From contig CAXXMU010000006.1 of NCBI GenBank assembly GCA_963667785.2, positions 832,001 to 896,000 of the forward strand: a DNA stretch of 64,000 nucleotides. Direction: 5' to 3'. How positions within the stretch are numbered: position 1 is the first letter of the stretch; every line of letters begins with the position of its first letter. The DNA is from Alphaproteobacteria bacterium. Its GTDB lineage: Bacteria > Pseudomonadota > Alphaproteobacteria > UBA828. The translations under genes and the position numbers were made by a program. The notes under the pieces were generated by a model. The model saw only the letters and a list, made by a program, of their open reading frames with translations. It had not been told where the DNA came from and made no database searches. Shown here in pieces: positions 1 to 9,944 of this stretch.

Positions 1-31
1 GCGCGGCGCAGCGACGGGGCGGAGGAGCCGA

Positions 32-1586
32 ATGAGGCTGATCGACTATTTCGAGCGCGGGCACCGCTACCACCCCGACCGCGCCTGCCTCATCGATGCG
101 GCGGGCACGCTGAGCTACCGCGAGGTCGCGCGCCGCAGCCACCGCACGGCGAACGCGCTGATCGCGGGCGGCCTCGTGCCGGGCGACCGGGTCGCGATCC
201 TGAGCGCGAACAGCAGCCGCGCCTTCGAGGCCTGGATCGGCGCGGCGCGTGCCGGCGGCGTCTGGGTGGGGCTCGCCGCGCTGGCCTCGCCCGAGGAGAA
301 CGCCTACGTCGTCGACCAGCGCGGGGCCGCGTGGCTCTTCTACGAGAAGAGCTTCGAGCCGGCCGTCGCGCATATCCGCGCCGCCTGCCCGGCGCTCCGC
401 CACCTCGTCTGCCTCGACGGCGAGAGCGCGGACGCGCCTTCGTTCGAGGACTTCATCGCGGGCCACGGCGAGGAGGCGCCTGAGCTCGCGGACGAGCGCG
501 ACGCGGTGATCAGCCACTTCACCTCGGGCGGCACCACCGGCCGGCCCAAGGGCGCCATGTGGTCCAACCTCATCTGGGAGGCCTGGTGCGCCAACGTCTA
601 CGCGCATCTCCCGGTGAAGAAGCCGCCGGTGCACCTGGTGGCGACCTCGATGGCCCATGGCGCCGGCGTCTTCGCCTGGCCCGCCATGGCCTTCGGCGGC
701 ACCACGGTCTGCATCCAGAAGGCCGAGCCGCTGGCCGTCATGGAGGCGATCGACCGCTACGGCGTGACCCACACCTTCATGCCGCCGACGGTGATCTACA
801 TGATGCTGGCGCACGACCGGGCGCGGGAGTTCGACTATTCGACCCTCGACTACTTCATCTATGGCGGCGCGCCGATGTCGGCGGACAAGGTGGCGGAAGC
901 CATCGACCTCTTCGGCCCCTGCATGACCCAGATCTACGGCCAGGCGGAATGCCCCTGCACCATCGGCATCCTCACGCCTGCCGACCATCTGGACGCGCTC
1001 GCCGATGCCGCCAAGCGCCACCGGCTGCTGAGCTGCGGCCGCCCGCCGGTCTTCGTCGAGGTGGAGATGATGGCGGACGACGGCACCCTGCTGCCGGCGG
1101 GCGAGTGGGGCGAGATCGTGGTGCGCGGCACCTTCGTCTCCCTCGGCTACTTCGCCGATCCCGGAGGCCACGGCGGAGATCCGCGCGCACGGTTGGCACC
1201 ACACCGGCGACATCGGCTACAAGGACGAGGACGGCTTCGTCTACATCGTCGACCGCAAGAAGGACATGATCATCTCGGGCGGGCTCAACGTCTTCCCGAT
1301 CGAGATCGAGCGCGTGATCTGGAGCCACCCGGCGGTGCAGGACTGCGCCGTGATCGGCGTGCCGGACGAGAAGTGGGGCGAGGCGGTGAAGGCGGTGGTC
1401 GAGCTCAAGCCGGGCGGGAGCGTGAGCGCGGACGCGCTCATCGGGCTCTGCAAGCGCGAGCTCTCGGCCTACAAGGCGCCGAAGACGGTGGAGTTCTGGG
1501 AGGAGCTTCCCCGCAGCGGGGTCGGCAAGGTGCTGAAGCGCAAGGTGCGCGAGCGCTTCTGGGCGGGCCACGAGCGGAAGATCTGA
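32..1586 (+). pseudogene. Acyl-CoA synthetase / AMP-binding ligase, split by a 1-nt frameshift near 1160-1164 (true lesion or sequencing error)
   Basis: P-loop FTSGGTTGRPKG and YGQAE lie in the frame starting at 32. After gatcccggaggcc the shifted frame reads EATAEIRAHGWHHTGDIGYKDEDGFVYIVDRKKDMIISGG and continues into ORF 1266..1586 (LPRSGVGKVLK). Confidence 0.85.
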
Positions 1587-1627
1587 GGGCCGGGCGGCCC
1601 GGACACGACGGCGAGAGGATACGGGCG

Positions 1628-2638
1628 ATGGAAATGGTCATGCGCAGCTACCCGAACGACTGGGTCGCCGAGTCCATCATGCACCGCAAGGGCATCGGCG
1701 GCGGCTCGTCGGGGGTCACGCACGAGCTGACCGAGGAGAAGCAGGGCACCTACCTCTACACCATCGGCCCCTACGCCGACCCGGTGCTCTCCATCGAGCC
1801 GGGCGACCGGGTGATCGTCGAGACCCGCGACGCCTTCGAGGGCAAGATCACGAGCGAGAGCGACGTGCCCTCCGAGCTGCTGGAGGTGCCCTTCCTCAAC
1901 CCGCAGTGCGGCCCGATCTTCATGGCCGGCGCCGAGAAGGGCGACGTGCTCGCGGTCCATATCGAGAGCATGGCGCCGCGCGGCCCCCAGCCCCGCGGCA
2001 CCTGCTGCATGATCAAGGAGTTCGGCGGGCTCACCAGCACCTACTACACCGCGACCCTCAACGAGCCGCTGCCCGAGAAGGTGCGCAAGGTGGACGTCGA
2101 CGAGGAGAACGTCTACTGGAGCGAGCGGGTGACGCTGCCATACAAGCCGCACATCGGCACGCTGAGCTGCTCGCCGCAGATCGATTCCATCAACTCGCTC
2201 ACGCCGGACGACCACGGCGGCAACATGGACCTGCCGGACATGGGGCCCGGCACCGTCACGTACCTGCCGGTGCGTGCGCCGGGCGCCCTGCTCTATATCG
2301 GCGATGCTCACGCCTGCCAGGGCGACGGCGAGGTCTGCGGCGTGGCGGTCGAGTACCCCACCACCACCACGATCACCGTCGACCTGATCAAGGACTGGAC
2401 CATCGACTGGCCGCGGCTCGAAGCGGACGACTTCATCATGACCATCGGCAGCGCGCGGCCGCTGGAGGACGCGACCCGGATCGCCTACCGCGAGCTGGTG
2501 CGCTGGATGGTCAGGGACTACGGCTACGACCAGTGGGACGCCTACATGATGCTGAGCCAGTGCGGCAAGGTCAGGCTCGGCAACTTCGTCGATCCCAAGT
2601 ACACGATGGGCGCGGCGATCGCGAAGAAATACCTGTAG
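1628..2638 (+). CDS. Acetamidase/formamidase family protein
   Basis: Motifs NPQCGPIF, HGGNMD and GDAHACQGDGEVCGVAVE. It has its own ATG at 1628 preceded by GAGAGG. Confidence 0.88.
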   Translation: MEMVMRSYPNDWVAESIMHRKGIGGGSSGVTHELTEEKQGTYLYTIGPYADPVLSIEPGDRVIVETRDAFEGKITSESDVPSELLEVPFLNPQCGPIFMAGAEKGDVLAVHIESMAPRGPQPRGTCCMIKEFGGLTSTYYTATLNEPLPEKVRKVDVDEENVYWSERVTLPYKPHIGTLSCSPQIDSINSLTPDDHGGNMDLPDMGPGTVTYLPVRAPGALLYIGDAHACQGDGEVCGVAVEYPTTTTITVDLIKDWTIDWPRLEADDFIMTIGSARPLEDATRIAYRELVRWMVRDYGYDQWDAYMMLSQCGKVRLGNFVDPKYTMGAAIAKKYL

Positions 2639-2649
2639 CCGAGGGGGGC

Positions 2650-3501
2650 CTAGACGACCCGCACCGCGTCTCCGCGCCGCACCGTGCCGGGCCGGACGAC
2701 GAAGGCGTAGACGCCCGCGCACGGCAGCACCTCGCCGTCGAGCAGGGGGACGGGAAGGCTGTTGTGCTCGACGATGGTGCGCAGCACCTGCGGGTCCTTC
2801 TCAACGTCCCTCTGGGCGATGGTGGGGATCGAGCAGCGCGGCGTCGGGTCGGAGATGCGGAGCCGCACCTCGTTGCCGATGGCGAGCTCCCGCCCGACCC
2901 ACGCGTTCTCGACGAAGCCGTCTGCGCCGTCGGGCGTCGCGATCGTCACGTTGGGGCGAAAGCGGCGCGCGGTGAACGTGGACTCGGGGCGGAGCGCGGC
3001 GAGGCGCGCCAGCGTCGCCGTGGTGATGAGATGAAGCGCCGCGTAGTCGGAGAAGCGGCCCGCCATCATCAGCTCGCCGATATCGACGATGGTCTCCTCG
3101 GCGGCGAGCGGGTCGAGACGCTCGAGGCTGGGCGCCTCCGGGCGCTCGGTGGTGAGCGTGACCGGCCGCCCCAGGGTCTCGGACAGGCGAGCATCCGGGT
3201 CGCCGTCGTCGCTGGCGAGCGCCGTGCCGTCGGGCCAGACGATGCGCACCGGCGGCAGCGGCGCGCCGGCCTCGGGCGGATGCACGAAATCGGCGGCGAG
3301 CGCCATCAGCCCGGCCCACTTCTTCGGTGTCTTGGCGCTCCCCACCCTGCCGCTTGTCCGGTCGATCACGGCATAGGCGCGGTCGCCCAGAATGCCGCCC
3401 TCGGTGACCAGCGCCTCGTCGAGCTTGGCGCCGGCCATGGACTTGACCGGATAGCGCCAGAGTGCCTTGACGGTGCCGCCATCGGTGCCGTGCGAGGTCA
3501 T
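2650..3501 (-). CDS. MOSC domain-containing protein
   Basis: LWRYPVKSMAG, GDRAYAV, RRFRPNV, PTPRCSIP and G.VRRGD are the MOSC_N and MOSC motifs. Confidence 0.9.
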   Translation of the reverse strand: MTSHGTDGGTVKALWRYPVKSMAGAKLDEALVTEGGILGDRAYAVIDRTSGRVGSAKTPKKWAGLMALAADFVHPPEAGAPLPPVRIVWPDGTALASDDGDPDARLSETLGRPVTLTTERPEAPSLERLDPLAAEETIVDIGELMMAGRFSDYAALHLITTATLARLAALRPESTFTARRFRPNVTIATPDGADGFVENAWVGRELAIGNEVRLRISDPTPRCSIPTIAQRDVEKDPQVLRTIVEHNSLPVPLLDGEVLPCAGVYAFVVRPGTVRRGDAVRVV

Positions 3502-3578
3502 GATCTCCCTTCTCCTGCCGACGATACGTCGTGCCGGGCGATGCTATAGCAGGCCGCCGGCACCATGACACGCGCGGG

Positions 3579-4055
3579 TCAGGGGTCCAGCAGGCCGCGG
3601 CTCCGGTGCCAGTCCTCGAGGGACCGGTCGGGATAGGCGGGAAAGTGGGGGTTCCGCGCGCCCGACGGGACCCTGACCCAGGCCGGCGCGAAGTCGACCA
3701 TGATGTGGCAGCGCTCGGGCGGCCGCGGCAGGGGCGTGTCGATGGCCGAGGCGAAGGGATGGATCAGTTCGGGCCAGCGCGGGTCCCAGACCCAGAGCGC
3801 GCTGCCGCAGCGGCCGCAGAAGCGGCGCTCGGCCGGGCTTTCGCTGCCGTCGTCGAGCCGCGCCCGGTAGACCCTGAGGTGGCGCTCGCCGCGGACGCTC
3901 AAGCTCTCCGCCTCGCCGCCGAGATTGATGGCGAAGCCGCCGCCGCCCGCCGTCTTCCGGCAGATCGAGCAGTAGCACTGCATGTAGGGATGAGGCGCCG
4001 CCGAGCGCAGCGAGAAGCGGACGGCGCGGCAGTGGCACGAGCCTTCGAGCAGCAT
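3579..4055 (-). CDS. GFA family (glutathione-dependent formaldehyde-activating / CENP-V-like) Zn protein
   Basis: GSCHC, CYCSICRK and FCGRCGS cysteine pattern. GGGAGG RBS. An alternative GTG start lies at 4061. Confidence 0.88.
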   Translation of the reverse strand: MLLEGSCHCRAVRFSLRSAAPHPYMQCYCSICRKTAGGGGFAINLGGEAESLSVRGERHLRVYRARLDDGSESPAERRFCGRCGSALWVWDPRWPELIHPFASAIDTPLPRPPERCHIMVDFAPAWVRVPSGARNPHFPAYPDRSLEDWHRSRGLLDP

Positions 4056-4167
4056 GGTCACCTCCCGTGGCGGCGGCGCGGCCTCACGTGCTCGCGGCGA
4101 GCGCCGAGGACCCTCTACAGGGCGGCCGGATGGCCGGCGGCACGCTCCCCGGAGCGGCCCGTCCGGG

Positions 4168-4653
4168 TCAGGACTCGTACGCCAGATCGGCAGGCGAGAT
4201 CAGCACGCCGAACTGGACACACCAGATCACGACGCTCGGATATTCCTCCAGGTCGACGCCCTTGGGGATGGGGTACTTCTGGCTGCCCTCGAAGGCGCGC
4301 AGCTTGCCGAGATCGATGTACATGGAGTTCCTCACGTCCGAGGACTCGCGAATCTCCTCGCGGGGCACGAGATAGACGTGAAACGCCGGCCCCGGCCCGA
4401 CCTTGAAGTCGTCTTCGAGGAAGACCAGCTCCTCGTAGACCGTGACGTTCCCCTCTCCGTAGTGGATGGGGTCCGAGGGATTGGCGTGAATGAACATCCC
4501 CCGGGCGACGACATCCGTCTGCTCCTCGGCGGTGAGCGTTTCCATCGCGGGCGGCGGCGGGAACACGTAGGGAAAGATGAAGAAGCCCACGGCGACGCCG
4601 AAGGCCGTTCCCAGAATGCCGCCGACGAAAAATGCCAAAATCCATCGTTTCAT
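4168..4653 (-). CDS. DM13 domain membrane-anchored protein
   Basis: N-terminal TM helix. Motifs GPGPAFHVYL, LGKLRAFEGSQKYPIP and VVIWCVQFGVLISPA. Confidence 0.85.
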   Translation of the reverse strand: MKRWILAFFVGGILGTAFGVAVGFFIFPYVFPPPPAMETLTAEEQTDVVARGMFIHANPSDPIHYGEGNVTVYEELVFLEDDFKVGPGPAFHVYLVPREEIRESSDVRNSMYIDLGKLRAFEGSQKYPIPKGVDLEEYPSVVIWCVQFGVLISPADLAYES

Positions 4654-4888
4654 CGCACCCTCCTGCAGTAATGCCGGCTACAGTTGTTCATGTACCGGCA
4701 TCAATACATGATTAGTATAGATGGCATTTCATTCAGACCTTCGGTAGACGAAATCGACACGGAGCAAACCGTGAATCCGGGAACAACTGCCGACTCTCTA
4801 GAGAGAGTAGTTTCGCCGCCCTGACCTTTCAAGTGGTGCCGTTGGGGAGTGATCCGGAAATTCGGCCGGGTGCATCGGCGCCGCGGGG

Positions 4889-6136
4889 CTACGACGAGGG
4901 GTCGTTCACGGCGCTCAGGTCAAAGCCTGCAATCCGCCGGTAGCGCTGCGCCAGGCCCTCCACCTCGTCGCGCGCCACGTAGTCGAAGACATCGTCGCAG
5001 TCCGGCGGGCAGCGCTCGTCGACGAGGCGCAGGATACGCTCCGCCGCGAATTCGCGATTGAGGAGCACGACCTCGGACGTGGGCGCGAGACGCGCCGCCT
5101 GGTAGGCGCGCAGGGCGTCCGCGACGCCAGGCTGCGAGCGGAGCGCGCGCGTGAACGCTCTCGCATCGAGCACCGCCTGGGCGGCGCCATTGGAGCCGCT
5201 GGGATACATCGGGTGCGCGGCATCGCCCAGCAGCGTCACCCGGCCGAAGCTCCAGCGCTCGAGCGGGTCGCGATCGCACATCGGGAACTCGAAGACCGTG
5301 TCGCTCCCGCGAAGGAGGCGCGGCACGTCCAGCCAGTCGAAGCGCCACGTCCGGAAGGCGGGGACGAAGTCGCCCTTCTCGCCCAACCGGTCCCAGTCCT
5401 CCCACTGCCACTCGGTCCGGCTCTCGTCGCGGATCTCGGCCACCCAGTTGATCAACGACCGGCCGCGCGCCGCGGCCTCTTGGGAAATCGGGTAGGCCAC
5501 CACCCTGATATGCCAGTTGCCGGCGATGATCATCGTCCGGCCGTCGAGGAACGCCTCCTGCTCGGTGATTCCGCGCCACATCGTGATGCCGGAGAAGCGC
5601 GGCGGGCCCTCCGCGGGATAGAGCACGCCGCGCACGCGCGAGTGGATGCCGTCGGCGCCGACCAATACGTCGCCGCAATCGCTGCCGACGGCCTGGCCGC
5701 TCGCGGGATCGACGAAACGCGCCGTCACGCCGTCGTCGTCCTGCTCGAAGTCCGCCAGGCAGTGGCCGGTCCGGATCGACGAGGCGCCCAGCCGCTCCTG
5801 CACCGCGCGCGCGAGGATCGTCAGCAGCCGGCCGCGGTGGATGGAGAACTGCGGCCAGCGGTAGCCGGCGGCGCGCCCGCGCGGCTCCTGCCAGATCGGC
5901 CTGCCGTGCCTCGTGTAGTAGGCGAGCGCCTGCGTCTCGATCGCCGCGGACGCAAGCGCCGGCTCGATGCCGAGCGCGCTCAGCTCGCGCACCGCATGCG
6001 GCAGGAGATTGATGCCGACGCCGAGCTCCCGCAGCGCCGATGCGGATTCGTAGACGACCGCCTCGATACCCGCATCGTGCAGGCAGAGCGCCGTCGTCAG
6101 TCCGCCGATGCCGCCGCCTGCGATGAGAACGCGCAT
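4889..6136 (-). CDS. FAD-dependent monooxygenase (group A flavoprotein aromatic hydroxylase, PhzS/salicylate hydroxylase-like)
   Basis: GGGIGG Rossmann motif, GADGIHSRVR and LLGDAAHPMYP.GSNGA. Confidence 0.88.
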   Translation of the reverse strand: MRVLIAGGGIGGLTTALCLHDAGIEAVVYESASALRELGVGINLLPHAVRELSALGIEPALASAAIETQALAYYTRHGRPIWQEPRGRAAGYRWPQFSIHRGRLLTILARAVQERLGASSIRTGHCLADFEQDDDGVTARFVDPASGQAVGSDCGDVLVGADGIHSRVRGVLYPAEGPPRFSGITMWRGITEQEAFLDGRTMIIAGNWHIRVVAYPISQEAAARGRSLINWVAEIRDESRTEWQWEDWDRLGEKGDFVPAFRTWRFDWLDVPRLLRGSDTVFEFPMCDRDPLERWSFGRVTLLGDAAHPMYPSGSNGAAQAVLDARAFTRALRSQPGVADALRAYQAARLAPTSEVVLLNREFAAERILRLVDERCPPDCDDVFDYVARDEVEGLAQRYRRIAGFDLSAVNDPSS

Positions 6137-6183
6137 CGCCCGTCTCCCCCCCCCCCGCCGTGCGCGAGGCGGCGGGTGCGCGT

Positions 6184-6591
6184 TCAGGTCCCGTGCGTGC
6201 CCATCTCGATCAGCTCGACCTTGTAGCCGTCCGGGTCCTCGACGAAGGCGATCACGGTGGTCCCGCCCTTCACCGGCCCGGCCTCGCGCGTGATGGTGCC
6301 GCCAGCGGCCCGGATTCGCTCGCAGGTCTCGGCGACGTTATCCACACCCAGCGCGATATGCCCATACGCGGAGCCGAGGTCGTAGTCGGACACGCCGTGG
6401 TTGTAGGTGAGTTCCAGCTCGGCCTCGCCGTTCTTGTTGCCGCCCTTGAAGGCGACGAAGGCGAGCGTGTAGCCCTGATCGGGGCGCTCGGTGGTGCGCA
6501 GCAGGTCCATGCCGATGACGTCGGTGTAGAAATCGATGGAGCGCTGCATGTCGCCCACGCGGAGCATGGTGTGTAGAAGCTGCATGGTCAT
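6184..6591 (-). CDS. gloA: Lactoylglutathione lyase (glyoxalase I)
   Basis: [24 protein letters not shown] and [13 protein letters not shown]. Confidence 0.92.
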   Translation of the reverse strand: MTMQLLHTMLRVGDMQRSIDFYTDVIGMDLLRTTERPDQGYTLAFVAFKGGNKNGEAELELTYNHGVSDYDLGSAYGHIALGVDNVAETCERIRAAGGTITREAGPVKGGTTVIAFVEDPDGYKVELIEMGTHGT

Positions 6592-6664
6592 TCTCCCTGG
6601 ATGAAGGCGCGGCAGGGTAGGCCAGGCGGTGCCCGCATCGCCAGCCCGGCGCGCGGCGTGGCGT

Positions 6665-7780
6665 TCAGCGCAGGCGGCTCACGACGAGCTCCTGGAAGCT
6701 CCGCACCGAGTCCTCCCACACCGGCGAGAGCACGCCGCCGCCGTCGGCGACCGCAGACGCGCGCCCCTGCTGCAACCGCTCGCAGATCACCTGGTCCTCG
6801 ACATGCACGTCGCGCCAGAGTCTCGCGAGCTGCTCCGCCTCCTCCGCCGACGGCAGCGCGGACTTGAGGGTGTAGATGGCGCGGCGCTGCAGGGTGAGGT
6901 CCGGCGCGAGCGGCACGTCGAGGTGCACGCCGACCTGGTCCGGGAGGTAGAGCCCGAGGCTGAAATTGGGGAAGAGCGTGAGGTAGCGGGAATCGGCCGC
7001 CAGCGTATCCGCCCGCTTCGCCTCGGCGGAGACGTCGACAGCGCAGCCCAGGCAGCCCGGCTCGTTCAGCGTGTAGTGGTCGGTCAGCGGCTGCTCGGTG
7101 GTCGTCGCGTGCACGAAGGGCACGTGGTAGGGCTCGATGAAGTTCTCCATCAGGAGCTTCCAGTTCGCCGCGATCGCGCCAAGGTCGACCGTGACGACGT
7201 GCTTCATCCGGGCGAGATCGAGCCCCCCGAGGTGCTTCTCGACCGGCGCGACGGCCTCCTCGAGCGGCGGCGCCGCGCCGTTCAGGTTGACGAAGATCCA
7301 GTCGTGCCAGATGGCCACGCGCACCGGCACCAGCCCGTGCTCGGCGCGATCGAAGCCGGCCGGCACGGCGCCCGGCTCGCGCCCGCCGAAGTAGGGAGCG
7401 ATGTGGAGCGCGCCGTCGAGCCTGTAGGTCCAGGAGTGATAGGGGCACTGGATGGCGGGCCCCACGTTGCCGGCCTTCTCGACGAGCTTGAGGCAGCGGT
7501 GGCGGCAGACATTGTGGAAGGCGCCCACCTCGCCCTTCGCATCGCACACCAGCAGCACCGGCCTGCCGGCCACGGTGACCGGCACCACGTCGCCCGGCCG
7601 CGCCAGCTCGTGCGCGAGACCGGCGAACACCCAGGAGTCCGAGAAGATCCGCTCGTTCTCGAGCGCGAAGAACGCCTCGCTCGTGTAGGCCGCCGCCGGC
7701 AGCCCCCGCGCCACCGGCGCCTGCGTCTCGAACGCGGCCAGCGCGTCCGCCCCCAGGATCGAATGCAGCGATGGACTCAT
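6665..7780 (-). CDS. Rieske non-heme iron oxygenase alpha subunit (choline monooxygenase / CntA-like group)
   Basis: Rieske ligands CRHR...CPYH, mononuclear-Fe motif [13 protein letters not shown], and EDQVICE. Confidence 0.88.
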   Translation of the reverse strand: MSPSLHSILGADALAAFETQAPVARGLPAAAYTSEAFFALENERIFSDSWVFAGLAHELARPGDVVPVTVAGRPVLLVCDAKGEVGAFHNVCRHRCLKLVEKAGNVGPAIQCPYHSWTYRLDGALHIAPYFGGREPGAVPAGFDRAEHGLVPVRVAIWHDWIFVNLNGAAPPLEEAVAPVEKHLGGLDLARMKHVVTVDLGAIAANWKLLMENFIEPYHVPFVHATTTEQPLTDHYTLNEPGCLGCAVDVSAEAKRADTLAADSRYLTLFPNFSLGLYLPDQVGVHLDVPLAPDLTLQRRAIYTLKSALPSAEEAEQLARLWRDVHVEDQVICERLQQGRASAVADGGGVLSPVWEDSVRSFQELVVSRLR

Positions 7781-7807
7781 GCCGTCCTCCCGAGAGCGCC
7801 GGGCCGG

Positions 7808-8329
7808 TCAGGGCACGTGGCGCTTGAGCAGGAACTGGTTCTTGAACATGCGGAGCCGAGTCATGACCTCGACTTGGGCGATGTCGGGCTGCCCGTGGAC
7901 GTGCTGGTTGAGGAAGCCCGCTAGCTCCGTTTCCTCGTCGCACACGACCTCGACCAGCAGGTCGAAGCGGCCGCTGACCCACATGATGTAGACGACGGCC
8001 GGGAAGAAATCGAGCCGCTTCGCGACCGCGCTGGGGGCGACGCCCGGTGCCGTCTTGATGCCGAGCATCGCGTCCGCCTCGTAGTCGACCGCCACCGGGT
8101 CGACCACGGCCACGATGCGCAGCATGCCGGCCTCGCGCATCCGGGTGACTCGGTTGCGGACCGTCCCGCCCGACACGCCGAGCTTCTGCCCGATCTCGTC
8201 ATAGGCCGCGCGCCCGTCATCCTGGAGCAGGCGGACGATCTGCCGGTTGAGGTCGTCGTCGGGAGAGGACAGCGGCGCGACATCGTCGCCGGCCGTCGCT
8301 TGGACCGTGTGCAGCGTGGATCGGGGCAT
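7808..8329 (-). CDS. Lrp/AsnC family transcriptional regulator
   Basis: HTH DDLNRQIVRLLQDDGR...TVRNRVTRM and RAM-domain VSGRFDLLVEV. Start placed at ATG 8329. Confidence 0.88.
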   Translation of the reverse strand: MPRSTLHTVQATAGDDVAPLSSPDDDLNRQIVRLLQDDGRAAYDEIGQKLGVSGGTVRNRVTRMREAGMLRIVAVVDPVAVDYEADAMLGIKTAPGVAPSAVAKRLDFFPAVVYIMWVSGRFDLLVEVVCDEETELAGFLNQHVHGQPDIAQVEVMTRLRMFKNQFLLKRHVP

Positions 8330-8513
8330 GCCGTCTGCTCCTGTCGCCGCCGGGCGCGAAAACGGTCGGTGTTGCCGAATCCTCAATTCGTGGTACATTG
8401 AGTGCAGAATACGCATCAATGGTCAAATCACATTTACGAAACGTCCTCATGAACGATTGCACGTACCCGATTCATCATTCTCAATCTTCGTGACGGAGGG
8501 AGGACGACAGCCG

Positions 8514-9932
8514 ATGAGTGAGATGCCACGGACCCTGGCCGAGGCGCTGCCTGACGTCGAGCGCGTCCGCGAGGAGGGGGCGAGGCTCGCCGAGGCGGGC
8601 GTGCGCTACGTCTTCTCCTGCTGGATCGACATGCACGGCCTGCCCAAGACCAAGCCGGTGCCGATCAGCGATTTCGAGAACCTGTGCATGGGCAAGGGGC
8701 CGCAGTTCGCGGTGCACTCGATCTCCTTCGTGCCGGAGCTCGGCGCGGCCGATTCCGACCAGATCCCGGTGCCCGACCTCGATTCCCTGGTGATCTGCCC
8801 GTGGGATCGCACCTGCGCCTGGATGTTCGCGGACCTCTGGTGGGAGGACGCGCCCTACAACCTCTGCCCGCGCCAGACGCTCAAGCGCGTGGTGGCCGAC
8901 ACGGCGGCGAAGGGGTTCATGGGCTTCGCCGGCATCGAGCCCGAGTTCATCGTCATGCGCTGGCAGGACGGCAAGCCGGTCAAGGCCTTCGACAACGACC
9001 CGCTCCCCGGCGAAGGCGTCCGCGCGCGGCGCCAGGCCTTCGGCTACGACATCGAGTACACGATCGATTCCATGGGCTTCCTCGGCGCGGTCATCGACAT
9101 CCTCGAAGACCTCGGCTGGGGCCTGAAGGACGTGGTCTGCGAGGGCGCGTATTCGCAGTTCGAGCTCGATTTCGGCTACACCGATCTCGTCGGCATGGCC
9201 GACCGGCTGGTGTTCCTGCGGGTGCTGCTGAAGGAGGTCGCCAAGAGCCAGGGCCTCTTCGCCACCTACATGCCGAAGCCCACCACCGGCGACTGGCGCT
9301 CGGGCGCGCACATCAACTACTCGATGCAGCGGGTCGACAACCCGGGCGTGAACCTCTTCGGGGATGCGGAGGGCGGCTGGGCGCAGGCGGCCTACCACGC
9401 GGTGGGCGGCCTGCTGCGCCACGGCGGCGCGCTCACCGCGCTCACCGCCACCACCGTCAACTCCTACAACGGGCTGGTGCCGCGGGTCGGCGGCTTCGAG
9501 GGCGGCACCGTGACCTGGGCGCCGACCCACATGACCTACGGCAACAACAACCGCTCGGCCATGCTGCGCCTGCCGCAGAACCGCTTCTGCATCGAGAACC
9601 GCGCCTCCGACCTCTGCATGAACCCCTATCTCGCGCTCGGCATGACCACCGCAGCCGCCGTCGAGGGCGTGATGGAAGGCATCGACCCCGGCCCGCCCCT
9701 CAACAAGGACCTCTACGACATGACGGACGAGGAGATCCAGGCCAGCGGAGGGCAGCGCCTGCCGCGGCACTTGCTGGAGGCGACGGAGATCCTGCGCGAC
9801 GACCCGCTGGCGGCCGAGGTGCTCGGCCCCGCCATGATGAGCTCCTGGCTGCGCTACAAGGTCGACGAGTGGGAGCGCTACCACCAGACGGTGACGGACT
9901 GGGAGGTGCAGGAGTACCTGCGGCTCTACTGA
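8514..9932 (+). CDS. Glutamine synthetase-like gamma-glutamyl-amine ligase (GmaS/GlnT-like)
   Basis: GIEPEF, EGAYSQFE, SGAHIN, NNRSAMLR and IENR. It has TWAP in place of GS YEAP and lacks FDGSS. GGAGG RBS. Confidence 0.85.
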   Translation: MSEMPRTLAEALPDVERVREEGARLAEAGVRYVFSCWIDMHGLPKTKPVPISDFENLCMGKGPQFAVHSISFVPELGAADSDQIPVPDLDSLVICPWDRTCAWMFADLWWEDAPYNLCPRQTLKRVVADTAAKGFMGFAGIEPEFIVMRWQDGKPVKAFDNDPLPGEGVRARRQAFGYDIEYTIDSMGFLGAVIDILEDLGWGLKDVVCEGAYSQFELDFGYTDLVGMADRLVFLRVLLKEVAKSQGLFATYMPKPTTGDWRSGAHINYSMQRVDNPGVNLFGDAEGGWAQAAYHAVGGLLRHGGALTALTATTVNSYNGLVPRVGGFEGGTVTWAPTHMTYGNNNRSAMLRLPQNRFCIENRASDLCMNPYLALGMTTAAAVEGVMEGIDPGPPLNKDLYDMTDEEIQASGGQRLPRHLLEATEILRDDPLAAEVLGPAMMSSWLRYKVDEWERYHQTVTDWEVQEYLRLY

Positions 9933-9944
9933 GGGCCAGTCGCC

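Noticed and set aside
32-2638. 868-aa ligase-acetamidase fusion ORF
   Set aside because: The middle segment is out-of-frame Arg/Gly-rich junk caused by the frameshift, and the acetamidase has its own RBS and ATG at 1628.
8514-9932. Housekeeping glnA
   Set aside because: It lacks the FDGSS and YEAP ammonia-site motifs and sits in a catabolic context.
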